NCBI GenBank assembly: GCA_964016885.1
Contig: CAXHJY010001595.1
Span: forward strand, 13,509-77,508
Direction: 5' to 3'
Length of the DNA: 64,000 bases
From: Eledone cirrhosa
Lineage: Eukaryota
The position numbers and the translations under genes are program-made. This document shows, piece after piece, positions 60,403 through 64,000 of the stretch (its first letter is position 1; every line of letters starts with the position of its first letter). The notes under the pieces are model-generated. The model was not told the origin of the DNA and did not search any database. It saw nothing but the letters and a program-made list of their open reading frames with translations.

Positions 60403-61320
60403 ATGAGAGTAAATCTAGCTAAGACAAAAGTGTTGATGAGTAGAAAAGAGGACAAAACCCTGATTCCGTCAGGGAAATGGCCATGTTCGATATGCAGAAA
60501 AGGAACTGGCATAAATTCTATAAAATGCACACAATGTAGGTCCTGGGTACACAAGAGATGTAGCGGGATAGCAGGCAAACTAACAGGTAGGGAGAAATAT
60601 GTATGCAGTAGATGTACAGGGAAATTAGACAGTAGAAGTCGCACTGATAGACACATTTTTCAAATGTGAGAGGGCACTATAGAAGTGGTGGATAGCTTCC
60701 GGTACCTAGGAGATCAGATTAGCATGGGAGGAGGGTGTTCCGAGGCCATAGTATCTAGAATAAGGACGGGTTGGAAGAAGTTTAGGGAGATGCTTCCTCT
60801 GTTGACGAAGAAGGGTTTCTCCCTGCGTACGAAAGGCCGGTTGTATGATGCCTGTGTGAGGAGCGCGATGCTGCATGGTAGTGAGACATGGGCAGCTACC
60901 GCAGAAGATATGCGACGGCTGGAGAGAAATGAGGCAAGCATGCTCTGTTGGATGTGCAGTGTAAATGTGCGTGAACGACCCAGCATAAATGTGTTGAGAG
61001 AGAAACTGTGTCTGAGAGGGATAGAATGTAGTGTACGGGAGAGGAGACCGAGGTGGTATGGACATGTGATGCGCATGGAGGATGACCGATGGGTGAAGAA
61101 GTGCCAGGAAATGCCAGTTGAAGGAAGACGTGGTAGAGGTAGACTACGAAAAACATGGGCGGAGGTGGTGAGAACAGACCTCAGATCATTGAAGCTCACG
61201 GTGGAGATGACGAGGGACCGTGACGAGTGGAGAGATGCTGTGCTGAATAAGACCCGTCCCACCCTTGCAAGCAGGGAGGAGCGGACGTAGAATGATGATG
61301 ATGATGATGATGATGATGAT
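60403..61320 (+). mobile_element. 5'-truncated RTE LINE (RT C-terminus with a Cys-rich PHD-like insert; frameshifted)
   Basis: ORFs 60403-60669 (VNLAKTKV..CSIC..CTQC..HKRC..CSRC) and 60685-61290 ([17 protein letters not shown]..); (GAT)n tail. Confidence 0.92.
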
Positions 61321-61329
61321 ATATATGTG

Positions 61330-61700
<371 letters not shown>

Positions 61701-61862
61701 AATATATATATATATATATATATAGGAACAAGTATGACCCCGACGGCAGAGCTCAAGCCGTTTCGACGGCTAATTCTGGACCAGTACTTTGGTGCGTTAT
61801 GGTCCATCTGGTTACTTACCACATTTCCTTCGTTATATATATATATATATATATATATATAC

Positions 61863-61914
<52 letters not shown>

Positions 61915-61974
61915 TATTACATAGATAGATATACATATATATACATATATATGTATGTGTGTGTGTGTGTATAT

Positions 61975-62304
61975 CATTTCATTTCATTTTACGTCCGCTT
62001 TTCCATGCTTGCAAGGGTGGGACGGGAACTGATTCTGGCTTGATTTCTACAGCTGGATGCCCTTCCTAACACCAACCTCATTTACAGTGAGTGCTGGGTT
62101 CCTTTTTTGCCGTGGCACCTCCACGACCACTTTGCAGTGGAATGATAGGGACCCCAGTCCCTATCATCTCATTTCTACAGCTGAGTAAACTGGAGCAATG
62201 TGAAATAAAGTGTCTTGCTCAAGGAAACAACACATCACCCGGTCTGAGAATTGAACTCACAACCTTTCGATTGCAAGGCCAATGCTCTAACCACTAAGCC
62301 ATGT
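61975..62304 (-). mobile_element. CORE-type SINE
   Basis: Reverse complement of 1364-1707. Confidence 0.88.
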
Positions 62305-62307
62305 ATA

Positions 62308-62593
62308 ACAGAAAAAAGAGAATCAGTGTTGCGACGAAATGAATTTATTGGACATATTACACTTGATTCTCAGGCGACCAGCTCGAGGCACGATTGATGT
62401 GGTGATCAAACCTGACTCTGAAATATCGATCGTGCCTCGAGCTGGTCACCTGAGAAACTATTGTAATATGTCCAATAAATTCATTTCGTCGCAACACTGA
62501 TTCTATTTTTCCTGTAATATCATACTCTGCTCCACAAGGGCATTGAGTGCTCATACGGCCTATTGCATACGGACGCTTTAAGCATCCAACACC

Positions 62594-62597
<4 letters not shown>
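62308..62597 (+). mobile_element. Fold-back element (arms about 62320-62390 / 62427-62503) with the conserved 3' bulged hairpin
   Basis: Inverted arms; TACTC-TGCTC..GGGCA-TT-GAGTG at 62523-62549, then (TA)n. Confidence 0.7.
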
Positions 62598-62646
<49 letters not shown>

Positions 62647-62686
62647 AATATATATATATATAAATATATATATATATGTATATAAA

Positions 62687-62725
<39 letters not shown>

Positions 62726-62755
62726 TATATAAATATATATATATATGTATATAAA

Positions 62756-62808
<53 letters not shown>

Positions 62809-63008
62809 TATATATATATGTATATAAAATATATATATGTATGTATATATATATATATATAAAATATATATATATATATATAAGTATGTATGTATATATA
62901 TATACATGTATGTATGTATATATATATACATGTATGTATGTATATATATATACATGTATGTATGTATATATATATACATGTATGTATGTATATATATATA
63001 CATGTATG

Positions 63009-63096
<88 letters not shown>

Positions 63097-63774
63097 AATG
63101 ATTGTACACATATATATGTATATGCATGCATGCATACATACATATTTATATGTATATGCATGCATGCATACATACATATTTATATGTATATGCATGCATA
63201 CACATGCATATGTATAACATACATACATACACATATATATAATATATATATGTGTGTGTGTTTGTATGTATATATATATATATATATATGTGTGTGTACA
63301 TATTTAAAAACAAAAGATTAACAAGTGTTCTTGTTCTCCCTTTTAATGAATTTATATTGGTTTCCTTAGTCTAACAAGAATATTCCATTCCTCCAAGAAT
63401 AACTCCTCAGAATCAATTAAAATACATATAAATATCTTGCATGTTTCAAAATTCAAGTGAAAGTGATAAACGTAAACAATAGCATTCAAAAAATGTAGGG
63501 AGAGGTTAAAATATATGGAACCCTAAAGACGTAATTAAAAATCTATAAATGACACCAATAATCTATAAAAATCTATAAATGACATCAATAATCAGGTGTG
63601 TCACCAATAATTCTCAAGAATGTCAGCTATAATATCCAGGTGTGTCCCCAATAATCTTCAGGTGTGTCCCTAATAATCACCAAGTGTGTTACTAAGCACA
63701 GTTAGAGTGTATATATTAGAAAAAAACAAGGAAGTTTCGTTTTCATGTAAACGAAACTTCCTAGTTTTTCTGTA

Positions 63775-63823
<49 letters not shown>

Positions 63824-63885
63824 AGTGTGTATATATATATATATGTGTGTGTGTATATATATATATATATATGTGTGTGTATATA

Positions 63886-63946
<61 letters not shown>

Positions 63947-64000
63947 ATGTATATATATATATATATGTATATATATGTGTGTGTGTATGTATATATATAT

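Overview
Very AT-rich, microsatellite-dense animal genomic DNA. The SINE/RTE/(TA)n repertoire looks like an octopod cephalopod (inference, not verified). Nearly all ORF-track entries are (TA)n/(CA)n or repeat artefacts. The one host gene found is hidden from the ORF track: a 5-coding-exon secreted group III phospholipase A2 on the minus strand (48334..35260, 229 aa; signal peptide, two furin sites, Glu in place of the catalytic Asp, an extra Cys). The most striking feature is about 25 intact type I hammerhead ribozyme motifs (plus decayed ones) from about 10 sequence-unrelated short element families between 20.8 and 59.5 kb. These elements sit in (TA)n tracts, many are perfect fold-back palindromes, and their stem II shows covariation and a shared C.C mismatch. 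Many are followed by a covarying 2-nt-bulge hairpin shared across families. They resemble Penelope-like pLTR or retrozyme-type non-autonomous elements, and one filled/empty site pair in the window shows they move. Positions 2-26.6 kb are a nested inverted-duplication array of a ~5 kb non-coding unit. Also present: CR1-like and RTE LINE fragments, two tRNA-derived SINE families, pogo/Tigger-type MITEs and several minisatellites. Everything was read by eye; no searches or folding programs were run.
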